This document shows, piece by piece, positions 11,150 through 23,869 of a stretch of DNA of 64,000 nucleotides. The stretch is taken from assembly GCA_030704615.1 (NCBI GenBank), contig CM060731.1, positions 96,100,001 through 96,164,000 of the forward strand, written 5' to 3'. Below the pieces are notes generated by a model that did not search any database, was not told the origin of the DNA, and was given only the letters and a program-made list of their open reading frames with translations. Position numbers and translations under genes: made by a program. How positions within the stretch are numbered: position 1 is the stretch's first letter; every line of letters starts with the position of its first letter. This DNA is from Takakia lepidozioides. Its lineage: Eukaryota; Plantae; Bryophyta.

Positions 11150-14100
11150 TCAAAGAGAATTTGGCTGAGCCCTACGTGAGGTGTCCCACTGCAGAAGGGT
11201 GATGACTTCTCCGTAGCCTAGTGTGGCTTGGTGAATGAATTGGTCTCTCTTACCGTCGCAACACATAATTACAAGGTATATGTAATATTGATGCTTGCAG
11301 GGGACCCACTTCCCTCTCATGCCGAGAGCGCCCTCACGCATCGTTACAAAATCCGGACAAGTGCAAGTAGGGAAATTCCCCACGGTAACCTGATATTCTT
11401 TGCCATGAAGAATTGAGCCAATAGACAGCACTGTGTAAATCCGTCCATACCCCGGGGCAGGGACTTCGGTGATACGAGCCACCCGAGCCTGCAAAATTCT
11501 AGCCGATTCCATCTTGCATTCGTGATCTGCACCCGAAGCGACACGACGCACTGTTTTTCCATCTCTTTTTGTTGGGTGGGAGTCGGCACCGGGTGGAGGC
11601 ATTGCCGGAGCTTGTGGCACATCTGTGCCGACAGTGCACAAGGGCACCACTCGGGATCGTGCAAGACAAAACCCTCCCTCCTCCAGCATGCTTATCTCGG
11701 TTGTTGACAGCGACGTCCCAAGTTTCACAGGCCAAATTGCGGGGGGAGGGGGTTTCATTATCACCGAAGGACAAACTGTTCCCTTGACGCATCGTGCCAT
11801 ATCGTCTGGGCAGAACCAGAACTTGTGGTCCTTTGACTCCCCACTATGATAAGGTCGGAACAACCCTGTGAATGTTGGAGCTGGAGTCCCCCTGGAGCCT
11901 TTGCATATTTTTGATTTGCATTTCTTGAAAGAGGGGGTCCGAATTGCCATGCAAGCAACTCTAGATCCTGGTGGGGTGCGTTCTATATGCCACTCACTAT
12001 CAATGCAATCAGATTCCTGCACCATGGCCACCACCTCCTCCAATGGGATTCCTGCTGCTGTGCTTGCATGTTCTGCACCTGCTCCACAGGAGGAGGACCC
12101 ACCTGGGAAGGGGCCGGCACAGGACTTAGTCTGCACTGGAGACACCTTTGGCACAGAGAAATTGACCCTGTCTGGGCGATGGGAATCTCCATCTGAACCT
12201 GGAAGAGTGTTCAATTTCCTTTTGCATGATCCAAATCTTTCCTCGCCTTCCAAATGAGGGAGCCTGGATTGCAATGGGGAGCCTTCAGTGCACTTGTTCA
12301 GAGCTTTGGCCATCTTGGATGGGTCTCCAGACCTACTCGCAGCCCTTAGCATCAACAAAGTCGAACGGGGCCCTTGCCTCCACCCCGTCCCATCAGAAAA
12401 TTGCGGTACCTGGTTTGTTGTGTGAGTGCCCGCACCATGTCATCAGCAGTGGCCACATACAAGTCACGACTTGCTTTGGTAGATTGCTGCATCCAGGAGT
12501 CTCCGCCAAATTACAGGATGGCATGTCGGCCAAGTCCTCCAAGGACATTTCTTGCATGAGGCATTGCATGGAAATGTGAGGAACGAAAGGAAATGGAAGA
12601 GGTTCTTCAAGCGACAATCCAAGAACCCCAAATGAAGAGGCATGTTGCAAAATTTCTGATTTTGGGATTCGAGAGGCTTACCGTCGTCATGAAAGCTCCC
12701 CACTGTCTGTATCTGAAGTGCCAGAAAACCAACCAGTCCTCCAACTCCTTCAGGTGGATACCAGTAGCAGCACCAGAGGAGAACCACCAAGCCCGGATTG
12801 CTTGGTAAGTGCTCTCAGCTTCTCCCATTGAGTTGGCATTTTTGTACTTGAGACAGAGCCTTCTGTGCTCCAACTGAAGGTCAGGGCGAATGCACCGCTT
12901 TGTATGACGTGCCAGAGATTGACTCCAATGGAAGAGGCATGTGCGCTCCCTATTTTCCATTGGGACCTTAGGATCCCCCGAACCAAACACGCGTCGCACT
13001 GCATTGAAATTTGCCTGTGCACTATCAGCCATGAAGCCCGCAAAATTTGTCTTCTGTATTCCGTTGCGCTGCATGACGGCCAGGAGCGAATTCCACATGA
13101 GCATCTGGGATTCAGTGTCCTCCGACTGCATATCACAAATTGCTATTGAGAGCACACATTGGTACGCTGGATCATACACATGGCACGCCATGGTTGTCCA
13201 ACCCTTGACCCGTTTGCAGTGATCAAACATCAACCAACATTTAGCCAAATCTCCTCCAGGTTGCATTCGGCGGACAATGCTAACACCACTGCCTTCGCCC
13301 ACTGCGGACATCTTGAACAAATAAACCTTGGATGAGCCCTGGCCAGGGAAGATACTGTTTTGAATGAATTCATAGCGACTTCTCCGTTTGAGGTCCATAA
13401 TGTTGTCCATGAACCCAGCATTGCCTGTGCCGACTCTGAGTGCATTCACCTGGTTTCGAATATTGGGAGAGCTCAACACGGAGAAATGGTCCATCACTGC
13501 ATCAAGCGAATCTGCATCCAGCATTGGCTGTGTCGAGTCCCCTTCACCCAATATGTGTTTTTCCAGGAAAGCCTTGCTAGCTGCAAGCGCTATAGCAGAA
13601 GGTGTTGCAGAAGGGGCATTGTGGAACTCCTACTTCAGCAGATTTCTAGCGATGTCCACGCTATCCCTACAACTTCCTTTGGACACAGGATGCTCGTGTG
13701 CACCCATATGAATGCAGGCACGAGTCATTGTTTTGCACCGGTGTGCCACCTGGTACATACGAGCGTGGCACACAGAAACACAGGACGGGGAAAGTTTGCA
13801 GAACCTGCACACAAAAGTATTGGTCTTGGGAGGGGCAAGTCCTGGGGTGAAAGGATTCAATGGCACACCTTCCCACTCACTCTCGTTTGGTTGAGCGTTG
13901 TTTCTCAGGCGAGGGCAAGTTATATTCAGGCACTTGCAATGCCCAACGCAAACCGACCTTCGAAATTTCAATCCAATGTCGTTGTGGATGTTTGACGTTT
14001 TTGTCCTGCACCAAGGGTGTCCGTCATGTTTCTTGTCCATGTCCTGCAGAAGCCCAGCCAGTCCATTGGAAGACGTGGGAGGGTTGAGCTCAAACAAGAT

Positions 14101-14645
14101 GTCCCCATCAAACTCTGCTGGCACGTATTGAACCCGCTGCACACGAAGGGACTCCCAATCAACAAAACGCAGCTCGCTCTTGCACCCAGGCACCCCTGCG
14201 AGGGCTTTCAATTTTGGAATGACACTTGTTATCTCTTGCGATTCGGATTCATCCAAGAATGGAGTCTGCACTGGCGGAGGAATCTCAGAAACATCCTCCG
14301 AGGACGAGTCTGAAAGAGTCACGAATGTAGTGGATGTGCTCACCTCTTTTTTCACATGAACTGTGCCCTTCTGCTGCACGCCGATGCTGCAGTTCCAGGG
14401 GTAATGACTGATCCTGCTGATTGTCTTCTCTCTTTTCCAAGGACACGGTATGTGCCTGGAAGGACTCTCCACTTCCTTCCACACTCGCCAACCAATGGTT
14501 TCTCCAAATGTCCAGAATCCAAATTCCCATCCTCGTCGTACACCTCCTTTTGAACAAGCAGAGAACCCAATTCCAGTGGGAACACTGTAACCAGCTCATC
14601 CTCATGAACAACTGCAAACCCATCGTCGTCTGCAGTGGCAGTCAT
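11150..14645 (-). pseudogene. MULE transposase, subfamily M1 (GCM-like + DDE + Cys domain + SWIM), disrupted
   Basis: DGHPWCRTKT…C.GHCKC…C..C…HMGAHEHP; MFDH, FMAD, CLFHW and NLAE Mutator DDE motifs; CTCPDF…CKH SWIM. In-frame stop at 13630, frameshifts, intron at about 12552-12681. The element end is probably near 10731. Confidence 0.85.
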
Positions 14646-15575
14646 TGGAAGACTACCTGCATTGGAATGAAATGTGCTAGTCTATCTCTGTCCTTGGACT
14701 TGTTTTCCTACGCTGACCAAAACTTTCGATTCACAACGGAATCCCCGATTTGATAGCCCGCAATTCTGGAAAGGGGATCCACCACAAAAAAATTGAGGTC
14801 AACAAGGGTAGCAGTAACCCAAAGGCTGCGGTCGATGCATCAGAAGGATGCAAGAATGACATGCACTGAACTTCGGAGATAACCACGCTGAGAGACACCA
14901 ACTAGAAAAACTGTTTTCAAATAAAGAAGGCCACAAGAAGCCGTGCTGTTTTTGGATGAAAAACAAACCCTGAACATGACATGAAACCATCCTTTATGGA
15001 AAGACGGCAAAAACCCTGGAGAGCAGTAAACAGGAAGACCCCGAATGTAATGAGGTCGTGCCGTGCCAGAAGAGCACAGCACAAACACTGACACTCCAAG
15101 AGTCACCTCGCACGGATGTGTGCAACACAAGATCATTTTCCGACACAACCTTTATACCGAATGACCCCATGGCGACGATGACGGCAAAATGCACAGCACA
15201 GGGCAGGCAGTACGAAACACGTGGATGCATATGTGAAGCACAACATTTATGGGGAATCTGCAAGAACTACTCCAAATTGAACTAGCATTAGATTTGTGCG
15301 GCACTTCCGAATTTGAAACCATTCCAGAAGGCCGCCATATATTGGCAGGCGGCGAAGTACATCTGACATATATCACAAGTACATGCAACGTATGCACATA
15401 TTTTCTGGCACTTTATTTCTTGAATAATACAAAGACGCCGAAATGGATGAATTCCGTTCGCACACAATAACAACACCCGCATCCAAATACGGTTGACAAT
15501 GTCCTATTTTGATTTTGGTTACATGCAATAGCAACCCTTGTTGCAAACGTCAAACTGGAGAGCTCTAGAGGCATC

Positions 15576-15975
15576 GTGGGGAGCCCTTGTTTCCAGCGGA
15601 GGAGGAAGAGAAGGAAATCATTGTACTTCACGAGCTCTAGAAACAGGAATAGAGCCAGATATAGAATGAGGATGGAAAGAGTGGCCGAAGAGGAAAAGGC
15701 GGAAGAAGAGGGCAAAGAGACAAGTTCGGCGATGGAAGAGCAGGAATCCGGGGAAGACCAGCAGCCTGCCATAGTTCCAAGAACAGATGAGGAGGACACT
15801 GCATCCGAGGGAGAGGCAGACGCCGAAGATGATGTTGACGCTGGCCTCACGAAGAACCTAATAGTGGAAGAGAGGATGGGGGAGATGCTCCAGAACACGA
15901 GAGGCGTGGAGAGCAGTCCGAAGCGCAAAGGGTCCCCGGCGATTGGGGAGTCTTCTGGAGCAGCCAAAAAAAAGG
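15576..15975 (+). CDS. Putative acidic first exon of an accessory gene divergent from the M1 transposase
   Basis: E/D-rich ORF with an NLS-like PKRK…KKK ending at a possible AAG|GT donor. The rest is lost in the gap and no domain was recognised. Confidence 0.35.
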
Positions 15976-16323
15976 TTCAATCTTTGGAACCCATCTTTGT
16001 GCTTCATTTGCTGATGTGAACCCAAGTTGAGATTCTATGTTGATATGAACATAGACTGCACACGGCATCTCTGCAGGTTGCATCAACCGCGAACAAGAAG
16101 CTCAAAAAGTGTAGCCAAAACGGCCAAATTGGGCACTGTTTGAGCACACCTTGTCTTTGTTTTTCCCCTGTGAAATTCGGCAATACAGGGCAGGTCTCGG
16201 AGGTTCAATCATCAGTTGCATGGCAGCTCAAACAGTGTGCGTTGCCGCACACTGTTTGAGCTGCCATGTCATTGCACTTGTCATCTGAAAATTGGCCACA
16301 TAGGGTTCGATTTCGTGGTTGAA

Positions 16324-16823
16324 NNNNNNNNNNNNNNNNNNNNNNNNNNNNNNNNNNNNNNNNNNNNNNNNNNNNNNNNNNNNNNNNNNNNNNNNNNNNN
16401 NNNNNNNNNNNNNNNNNNNNNNNNNNNNNNNNNNNNNNNNNNNNNNNNNNNNNNNNNNNNNNNNNNNNNNNNNNNNNNNNNNNNNNNNNNNNNNNNNNNN
16501 NNNNNNNNNNNNNNNNNNNNNNNNNNNNNNNNNNNNNNNNNNNNNNNNNNNNNNNNNNNNNNNNNNNNNNNNNNNNNNNNNNNNNNNNNNNNNNNNNNNN
16601 NNNNNNNNNNNNNNNNNNNNNNNNNNNNNNNNNNNNNNNNNNNNNNNNNNNNNNNNNNNNNNNNNNNNNNNNNNNNNNNNNNNNNNNNNNNNNNNNNNNN
16701 NNNNNNNNNNNNNNNNNNNNNNNNNNNNNNNNNNNNNNNNNNNNNNNNNNNNNNNNNNNNNNNNNNNNNNNNNNNNNNNNNNNNNNNNNNNNNNNNNNNN
16801 NNNNNNNNNNNNNNNNNNNNNNN
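16324..16823. other. Assembly gap (500 N)
   Basis: Run of N. Confidence 1.
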
Positions 16824-17019
16824 CTTTCGCAGCTTTGCCTTCATCTCTGTGAGAAGCTTCGGATTTTCTGCTGCATCAAGTGTGACCTCCTGCTACAGAT
16901 CCTATCAAAGAATTTTCTGGTGTTGTAAAGAAAATTGCAACTGTTGTCCAATTCAGCCTTGGAAATTCTACTAGTAATACATGAAAGGTGAGAATCCAGT
17001 GGAAGCATGGACACCATTC
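16824..17019 (-). mobile_element. Fragment of family-B gypsy integrase
   Basis: Aligns with about 45722-45915 (…HASTGFSPF… region), with small indels. Confidence 0.85.
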
Positions 17020-17068
17020 GGGGGTTCTGCTATTTCATGAGCGGCATGAGCAGAGCGGCATGAGCATG
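17020..17068 (+). repeat. Left TIR of M2
   Basis: TGCTATTTCATGAGC core followed by CATGAGC reiterations, inverted relative to 31205-31244. Confidence 0.8.
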
Positions 17069-17249
17069 CGCGGAAAAAAAAAAAGCATGAGCAGACCATT
17101 GTGAGTCCACGGAAATAGGGTTAGGAGGCACGGAAATAGGGTCATGTGAAGTTGGAATGTGGCACCAGTGGACTTGAAATGCAACATTTTATTGCAAATT
17201 TTGTGGCAAGCCACGTCTATACAAGTGTGTTCTAACTGTCATAATGCCG

Positions 17250-20200
17250 GAATGGGCACTACTCTCCTACACCCCCGCGAGGAACTTGCCCCACCTTCTT
17301 CCTCATCCCCTCATCCCCTCATCATCCGAGCTCTGTGATGCATCAGTTCCACTATGCCTCTCAAAAATCCGTCCTCATCCTTGGGGACTGTCCACTCACC
17401 TCCTGGGAATCTTCTGCGTCTTCTCCCCACTTTTCTCAGCAGAATCCAACACAAATCTACGAGCCCGACGGGCTCTAATAGCTGCTGCCTCCTCCCTCAT
17501 CTTCATTTTCTTGAGGCTTGCCTCGTCTAAAATCTGCTGTACACGACTACGTTCGGAACACCTCCTAATGGACACCGAAGCAAGCCGGGCAGCATAAGTA
17601 GGAAGGATGTACTCCCTTTCTGGACTAGGCATGAAATCCCCCCCCAGGAACTCCGGTGTAGAAGTCCCTCGACAGTACTGGCATCCTACAGTAAGAACAA
17701 AATCCACTTCAAGAATGTCAATACCAGCACAAGCAGAAATGGTTTTCAATGAAATAAGAGAGCGGAGGGAGGTGCCTCACAAATCTGGAGGCAACTTACA
17801 ATGCCACCACTCACTCGTAAACCGGGGCTCCTCGGCCTCGATCCCAACTTCCTCCCCCTGCTCCTTCTCGGATTTTTCCTCATCCTCCGAGGATGCCTCT
17901 TCCTCTTTCGGCAGACGTTCAGCCGCTGCAAGTTCCGAGTTGTGGAGGGCAGTATCTGGCTCGAAGGCGAACACATGCCTGTCGGACAACGTCCCTGCCC
18001 ACATTGAAGCACCTGAGGAACAAAGCGGGCGGTTAATAGCTTGCGGCATGCAATTGCAATGGGGCCAGGGGACAAACTGAGCACGTGAAGGCTTACCCGT
18101 GCCGCATGTGAGGTCCAGAATCCGCCCTTGGACATCGAGCACGTCTCCATGAGGGTTTGGATGAAAGCAGGGCTCCGGGTCCGGCTGTACCGCCACGGTT
18201 TGCCTGTCTTTGTGTCCTTCGGCATACTAGAGTGGGGCACATAGTTGTAGAGGACATCGTAGGTTACAGGGTCCACAGCGGCATCAACAAGACGACCGTC
18301 GTTGCGGAATTTGAACGTAGACCCTCTCTTCACAAAGCAATATGCCTCAAACACCAATGTCTGCACATCCAACAAAGAAGGGATCAATTCCAGGGTCTAC
18401 TTAACATACACCACAATATGAAGTGAATGCAATAGATTGATAACTTACACTTTGGCCCTCTGTTCGCAACCCCTGCGTACTGATGCAGAACCATTTTCTG
18501 AGGAGGACGGGGTGACACTTTTCGGTGTCCACCTTGCCACCGCATTCTCTGTGGTCTTCCCTCTCGTGGCAAGGACAACCACACATCCACCGTCATCCAA
18601 GAGCATCCCCGCCAGCCCAAACCCGGCTTTCCAGTAGTCCTCAGTAAACCTGTTCCAGGTGGGCACACCATCCAGGCCCTCCAGCAGCTCCCCATCTGGA
18701 ATGTCGAGGAGAATCATGTCGCAAGCTCTCTCCACCTCCAACCCCCCCCCCCCCGAGTGCTCTGCAATTCGTGCTCACAGCCGTGAAGAATTCCATCATG
18801 GCTTCAAAACCAGGGGTGTCTTTAGGCTCTGTACCGCAGCCCTCTTCTTGGCTTTCCCCTTCTGCTCCGCCAGAGACTTGTTGTGTGCCACCTTCTTCGC
18901 CCTGGCAGCGAGAGCGTCAAGGAAGCTCTCATTGACGCATTGGATGATGGTTGGAGGTTCTAGCTTTGGCCTGTGCGTAAACGTCACCGCCGAATACCGC
19001 CGTGTAGGCTCGCCCTCAAATGCCAACTTCTTGGCAGAGCCAGTCCCACTCCGAACTGACTTGGGAACCCGGACGACCGGTGACTGGGTAGGAGCAACAG
19101 CAGTCGCAGGACCTTGAACAAAATCGGCGTCGGAGTCACTCTCTTGGGTCCCCTCCTGCGCCTCCTCCGATGCCCCGATGGTTTTCTTCTTTTTGGGTGT
19201 TACTGCAGTCACCTGTTTCCTTGTCCTTTTCCTTTGACCTTTACTCTTCTCATGCAATTTCTCCTGAATTCCTGCCTGAGCAAGCTCTGCCGCTTTCCTG
19301 GAGTTCGCAAGCGCTTTTGCCTCTTTTGCACCCAACGGAGGCAGCGGAGCCCGTTTCGTCGGAATTCAGCATCCAGCTTCAATTGAAACTCGGATGGGTC
19401 GAGCGAGCCGGGCGGAAGGTCCACATACAAGGGCAATCACGCAAATGTTCCAGATGCCACTCCTTCACAATATCGTCAGTGTACATGGAGTCAGCCCCAG
19501 GGTTCCTCCATGCCAGGAAGAATGGTGGCTCGAAAGACAGATGACCTTTCTCCAAAGGGAGAACTTACAGTACCTGCATTCATGAAAAACACAATGAGGT
19601 CCGAAAATGGCTAAGTCCCTGAACGGCAATAGGGCCTACAACTGGAATATGGCGCCGAATTTCCACCAGGGCCACCCAGTCTAGGGACTTAGCCCGAAAA
19701 TGGCTAAGTCCCTGAACGGCAATAGGGCCTGGAACTGGAAAATGGCGCCGAATTTCCATTTCAGGGCCAGCCAGTCTAGGGACTTAGCCCGAAAATGGCT
19801 AAGTCCCTGGACGGCAATAGGGCCTAGAACTGGAAACGGCGCCGAATTTCCAGTTCCGGGCCAGCCACACTAGGGACTTAGCCGAAAATGGCTAAGTCCC
19901 TGAACGGCAATAGGGCCTAAAACTGGAATATGGCGCCGAATTTCCACTTCAGGCCAGCCAGTCTAGGGACTTAGCCGAAAATGGCTAAGTCCCTGAACGG
20001 CAATAGGGCCTGGAACTGGAAAATGGCGCCGAATTTCCAGTTCAGGGCCAGCCAGTCTAGGGACTTAGCCCGAAAATGGCTAAGTCCCTGGACGGCAATA
20101 GGGCCTAGAACTGGAAAACGGCGCCGAATTTCCAGTTCGGGCCAGCCACACTAGGGACTTAGGCCGAAAATGGCTAAGTCCCTGAACGGCAATAGGGCCT

Positions 20201-23200
20201 AAAACTGGAATATGGCGCCGAATTTCCACTTCAGGGCCAGCCAGTCTAGGGACTTAGGCCGAAAATGGCTAAGTCCCTGAACGGCAATAGGGCTTGGAAC
20301 TGGAAAATGGCGCCGAATTTCCAGTTCCGGGCCAGCCAGTCTAGGGACTTAGCCATTTTCGGAGCCCTGACTGGAAATTCGGCGCCATTTTCCCTAACAC
20401 CACTTGAGGCCTCTAACATCCTGAAATGCCAGGACTTGAAAGAAAGGCAGCGCGTATGTACCTGTACAGAAGGCGCATTGCTGCTTTGTCCGCGTTCGGC
20501 TGGTCGGTGAACTCGTGGCTCCGGCGAGCATCTGCTATCTCCCGAAAGAATAGGTTGGTTTTGTAGAGCAGAAAGTACCTCGTCACATAGTCACGTAGGC
20601 TCTCTGCTGCAGGAGATATCTCCATCTTGAACTGATGTGCTTGTGTGTCCAGCTGCTCTTGCGCATTCGTCGTCACCTGTGGAGATTGTCCATCAGATCG
20701 CTTTCCTCAAAAAATACAATGAATCCACCCCCTACTAGAGTAGAAGCCCCAAACGAAGCGTGGGGAAGTACCTGAAACCACCATGTCATGCGGTTCATCC
20801 ACATGTCGAATGTGGGGTCAGAGAGTTTGTCCGGTTTGGGGAAGCTCCACATGTCCCTGGTACTTTGGGAACCATTCCAGATTTGGAGCCACCGGGTCTG
20901 TCCAACCACCCAGCATATTCGTAAGCGCCAAACACCACAAAAAGGAGTTGTTGCCACCACAATTTGTTAAGAATGTATCACCTTTTCTGTTGCATCCACA
21001 CAGGATGTGGCTAGACGATGGAGCTTCTCCAATGTCATCGTGGGCTTCAGAGCGCGAGAGTAGTGCTTCCCCACCTCCACCAGAAAGTCGGCACCAAGGG
21101 CGGGATCAGCTATGGCCACGTACTTTACCATCCGCGACTTGTACTTTATGCGGGCCCTCACCTCCGCAGCTTTGACATACGATTCGAGTTCCGGGAGGGT
21201 TGGATTCTTCTCCTCTGACTCCATGTAGAACCTCCGCGCATGTGCCAAATCCTGCTGTATTTCGTCTGTCAAGAATGCGCACATAAGATTAGAGATCCTG
21301 CTCAACACAATTTCTTCTATTGGGGAGGAGAGACAGATTAGCTCAACAAAACTGTCAGGAGCTTTACCCGAAAATGTAGTCCACATGGCGTCGACGCTCA
21401 GCCTATACCACGTTCTGTCTGCCTTTGCCTCCGACTTGCGCAGGAGGTCGGCACTGAGGGAATTGGCAAACTCTTGCACCCCTGCTTCCCGACATCCTTC
21501 ACTCGGAAGAGCATATGGGACAAGTTGGTGGCAATGAAGGCATTCTCAGTCACCCTGCAGTGCCACATTTCCATCAAACAATACTGAAATGGGAATTTTC
21601 ATCATATATGAGGATTCGCAATGAAATGACTTCCAAATTCAAAGTCCAAAAGCGAGAGGGGTTGTAGCTTACGAGTTGATGTCGGCCATTGCAGCTTTGA
21701 GAGACTGCGATCTTTGGGCCCCGCAACCTTCAGCACAACACAATCAACGGCGAAATGCCAATCGAGATCGTTGGGGTGGGCTTGGGCAATGTGCTCCATC
21801 CATGCCAGGAGGCGATGATTGCCGTCCCACACGTAGAACATCTTACCGGACATGTGCTGGAAAAGAGGATCACTAGCAATCGATCTCTCGAACTCCTCAT
21901 TTCGCGTTTGCCAATGGGGACCCCATTTGTCCACCTCATCGGAAGTGTGGGCACGGGAAGCTCCGTGGTCGTTCTCAATGGAAACGTAAAAGGCGGCAGA
22001 CCCCATTCGATATCCATCCCGGAAAGAGAATTTCAGCTTGTCGATATCGCCTGGGAGGGCAAGGTCTCACCACCTGCAATGACACCAAGCGGCAAAGGGG
22101 AATTCGAAGCTTGGCCGGGTACACCATGCCCCCAGCACCCTGCCAATGTTGCTGTGGGTTGCCTCCAACATCTTGGCAGCGGCCAACTTCATATCCGCCT
22201 CAGACATGACGTCTGCTGAGAGGGGTTTTCCGGCAGCCCACCAGGACCGCCAAATCCAGCCTGTATGCTCCGGTTTGGGGCCTGGGGATGTCCGGGAGGA
22301 TGTCATCCTGGTCAGAAAGCTCCCTGTCGTCCTCCTCAACAGGGTCAGCCACCTGCGAAACCACCTCCAGCACTCTCGTCGTCTCTACTGCCCTCTCCCT
22401 GGCTTCACCTCGAACTTGCATAATCCGTGCTCTTTCAGGTGTTCTTTCCTCTCCTCCACTCTCCACCGTATGGGTAATTGCGGGGGCTGCTCTTGCCCGC
22501 GATGGTCTAACCGGTGTGCTACTGCCTCTCTGTGGTGTCTTGTAGGGATCCACCGTCTCTGTGGGTCCCTCGCTTACATTGGCATCTGTCATTTGGGCAC
22601 CCCTGGCCTCTTCAGCTGCCTTTTGTCTTTCCTCCTGGCTAGCATTCTGTCTCGTCTGTTCTTTTGCCCTCTCTTTTGCCCTCTCACGGGCTTTCTGTTT
22701 CTTACTAGGGCTAGCAGCAGGGGAGCCCTCCAGGACGACCACCTTTGATTGAGGCGAACTGACACCCTCGCGCGCACTGCTCACTCCCCCTCCGCAGCCC
22801 GTGACTGCTCTCTCGCCGGGGATTGCATGTGCTTAGCTTTCTTCTTTTTCTTTGCGTGGGCGGGCCCTACTGCATGTGCATGAACAACCTCCATTGCCCG
22901 ATCTGCTGTCCTCATGTCCTCACGCCCTTCACCTGCCATGCCGCCTGTACCAACCTCCCCAATGCCTACTCTGTCGTAATCTCGTTGCAAGTCCTCCCGT
23001 CCACCAACAAAAGGTTTAAGTTTGCCCTCTCGCCCCAAGTTCGGCGATTCAAACATGCGATGAGTTGGAGCTGTCGATGATACCACCAGCGTGCCGGGCT
23101 CGTCGTCACTCTGTCATTGACAAAAATCGTGAAAACCAACATCGGTGCAAAAAGCAGCATCGCAACGAGTAGCGCAACCACCATAGCAACAATCATGTAG

Positions 23201-23830
23201 CAAAAATGAAAACATAACAAGTTTAGGAAGTATGGAGAGCCATGCAACAACAATGAAAACAAATGCAACCATTGCCTAAGAATGACATGCACAAGCAGCC
23301 TTCTCCAGAGCTGCCGGATTTGCACACGCATTGCAAACAATCTAAGGTTCACTCAACTATCTAAAGTTCACTCATACAGCAAAGCCAGGATGAAGATGCA
23401 AAAACAAAGCGAGGTAACAAAGCGAAAGCAAAAAATAAATCGAACAAACCGAAAGCAGAAGTGGCTTGCCTGAGAGTACTCGGCTTCAGTTGGCGCAGGT
23501 TGTGAGCAAGACACTGGAATCTCCTGCTGGAGCTTCAGTTTGGCCATGCGAGAGATTGGCCGTCGTCCGTAGTACAGAGCTTTCAACTTCCGCCGCGGTC
23601 TGGATGTGAGGTCTCTCTCAGGAGAGCCACGCCCTTCAGGCGGCATAAGTCCCAGCCAAAAAGATCTCCTTTTTGGGGGTACATGCCTGGAATACCATGT
23701 TAAGCCAAGTTTAGCATGAGATTTAGGGTACGTGTCCAGGAAGCCATGCGTCGCCAGCCCGAATAATAACCGACGGCCGTCGACATTTATTGCCCAACTG
23801 CGCAATTAAATGTCGGATGAAGCCCTCCAT
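17250..23830 (-). CDS. Multi-exon cargo gene: ParB/Srx-like domain + helical/K-rich linker + beta-class N6/N4 DNA-methyltransferase-like domain (frameshifted as assembled; ends approximate)
   Basis: FYVWDGNHRLLAW (DGNHR at 21812-21826); DMILLDIPDG (18691-18720)…LLDDGGCVVV; spliced ILDLTCGT|GASMWAGTLSDRHVFAFEPD. GT-AG introns at 18013-18096, 19574-20461 and 21555-21672, plus a probable GC-AG intron at about 23111-23469. Confidence 0.7.
19600..20363. repeat. Tandem array of 8 x ~94-bp self-complementary units inside a cargo-gene intron
   Basis: Unit CCGAAAATGGCTAAGTCCCT…ATGGCGCCGAATTTCCA…AGGGACTTAG. The array is closed by a perfect 21-bp inverted end. Confidence 0.95.
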
Positions 23831-23869
23831 GTCGGATGAAAATCGACGTAAACAGTCCCGGAATTTCCA

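Noticed and set aside
16219-16290. Helitron 3' end
   Set aside because: No properly spaced CTRR terminus and no Rep/helicase sequence.
16216-16974. Long ORFs containing X runs
   Set aside because: Artefacts of the N gap.
17250-23830. Bacterial or phage contamination as the source of the ParB/MTase motifs
   Set aside because: The motifs are split by GT-AG introns and lie inside TIRs among plant-type retroelements.
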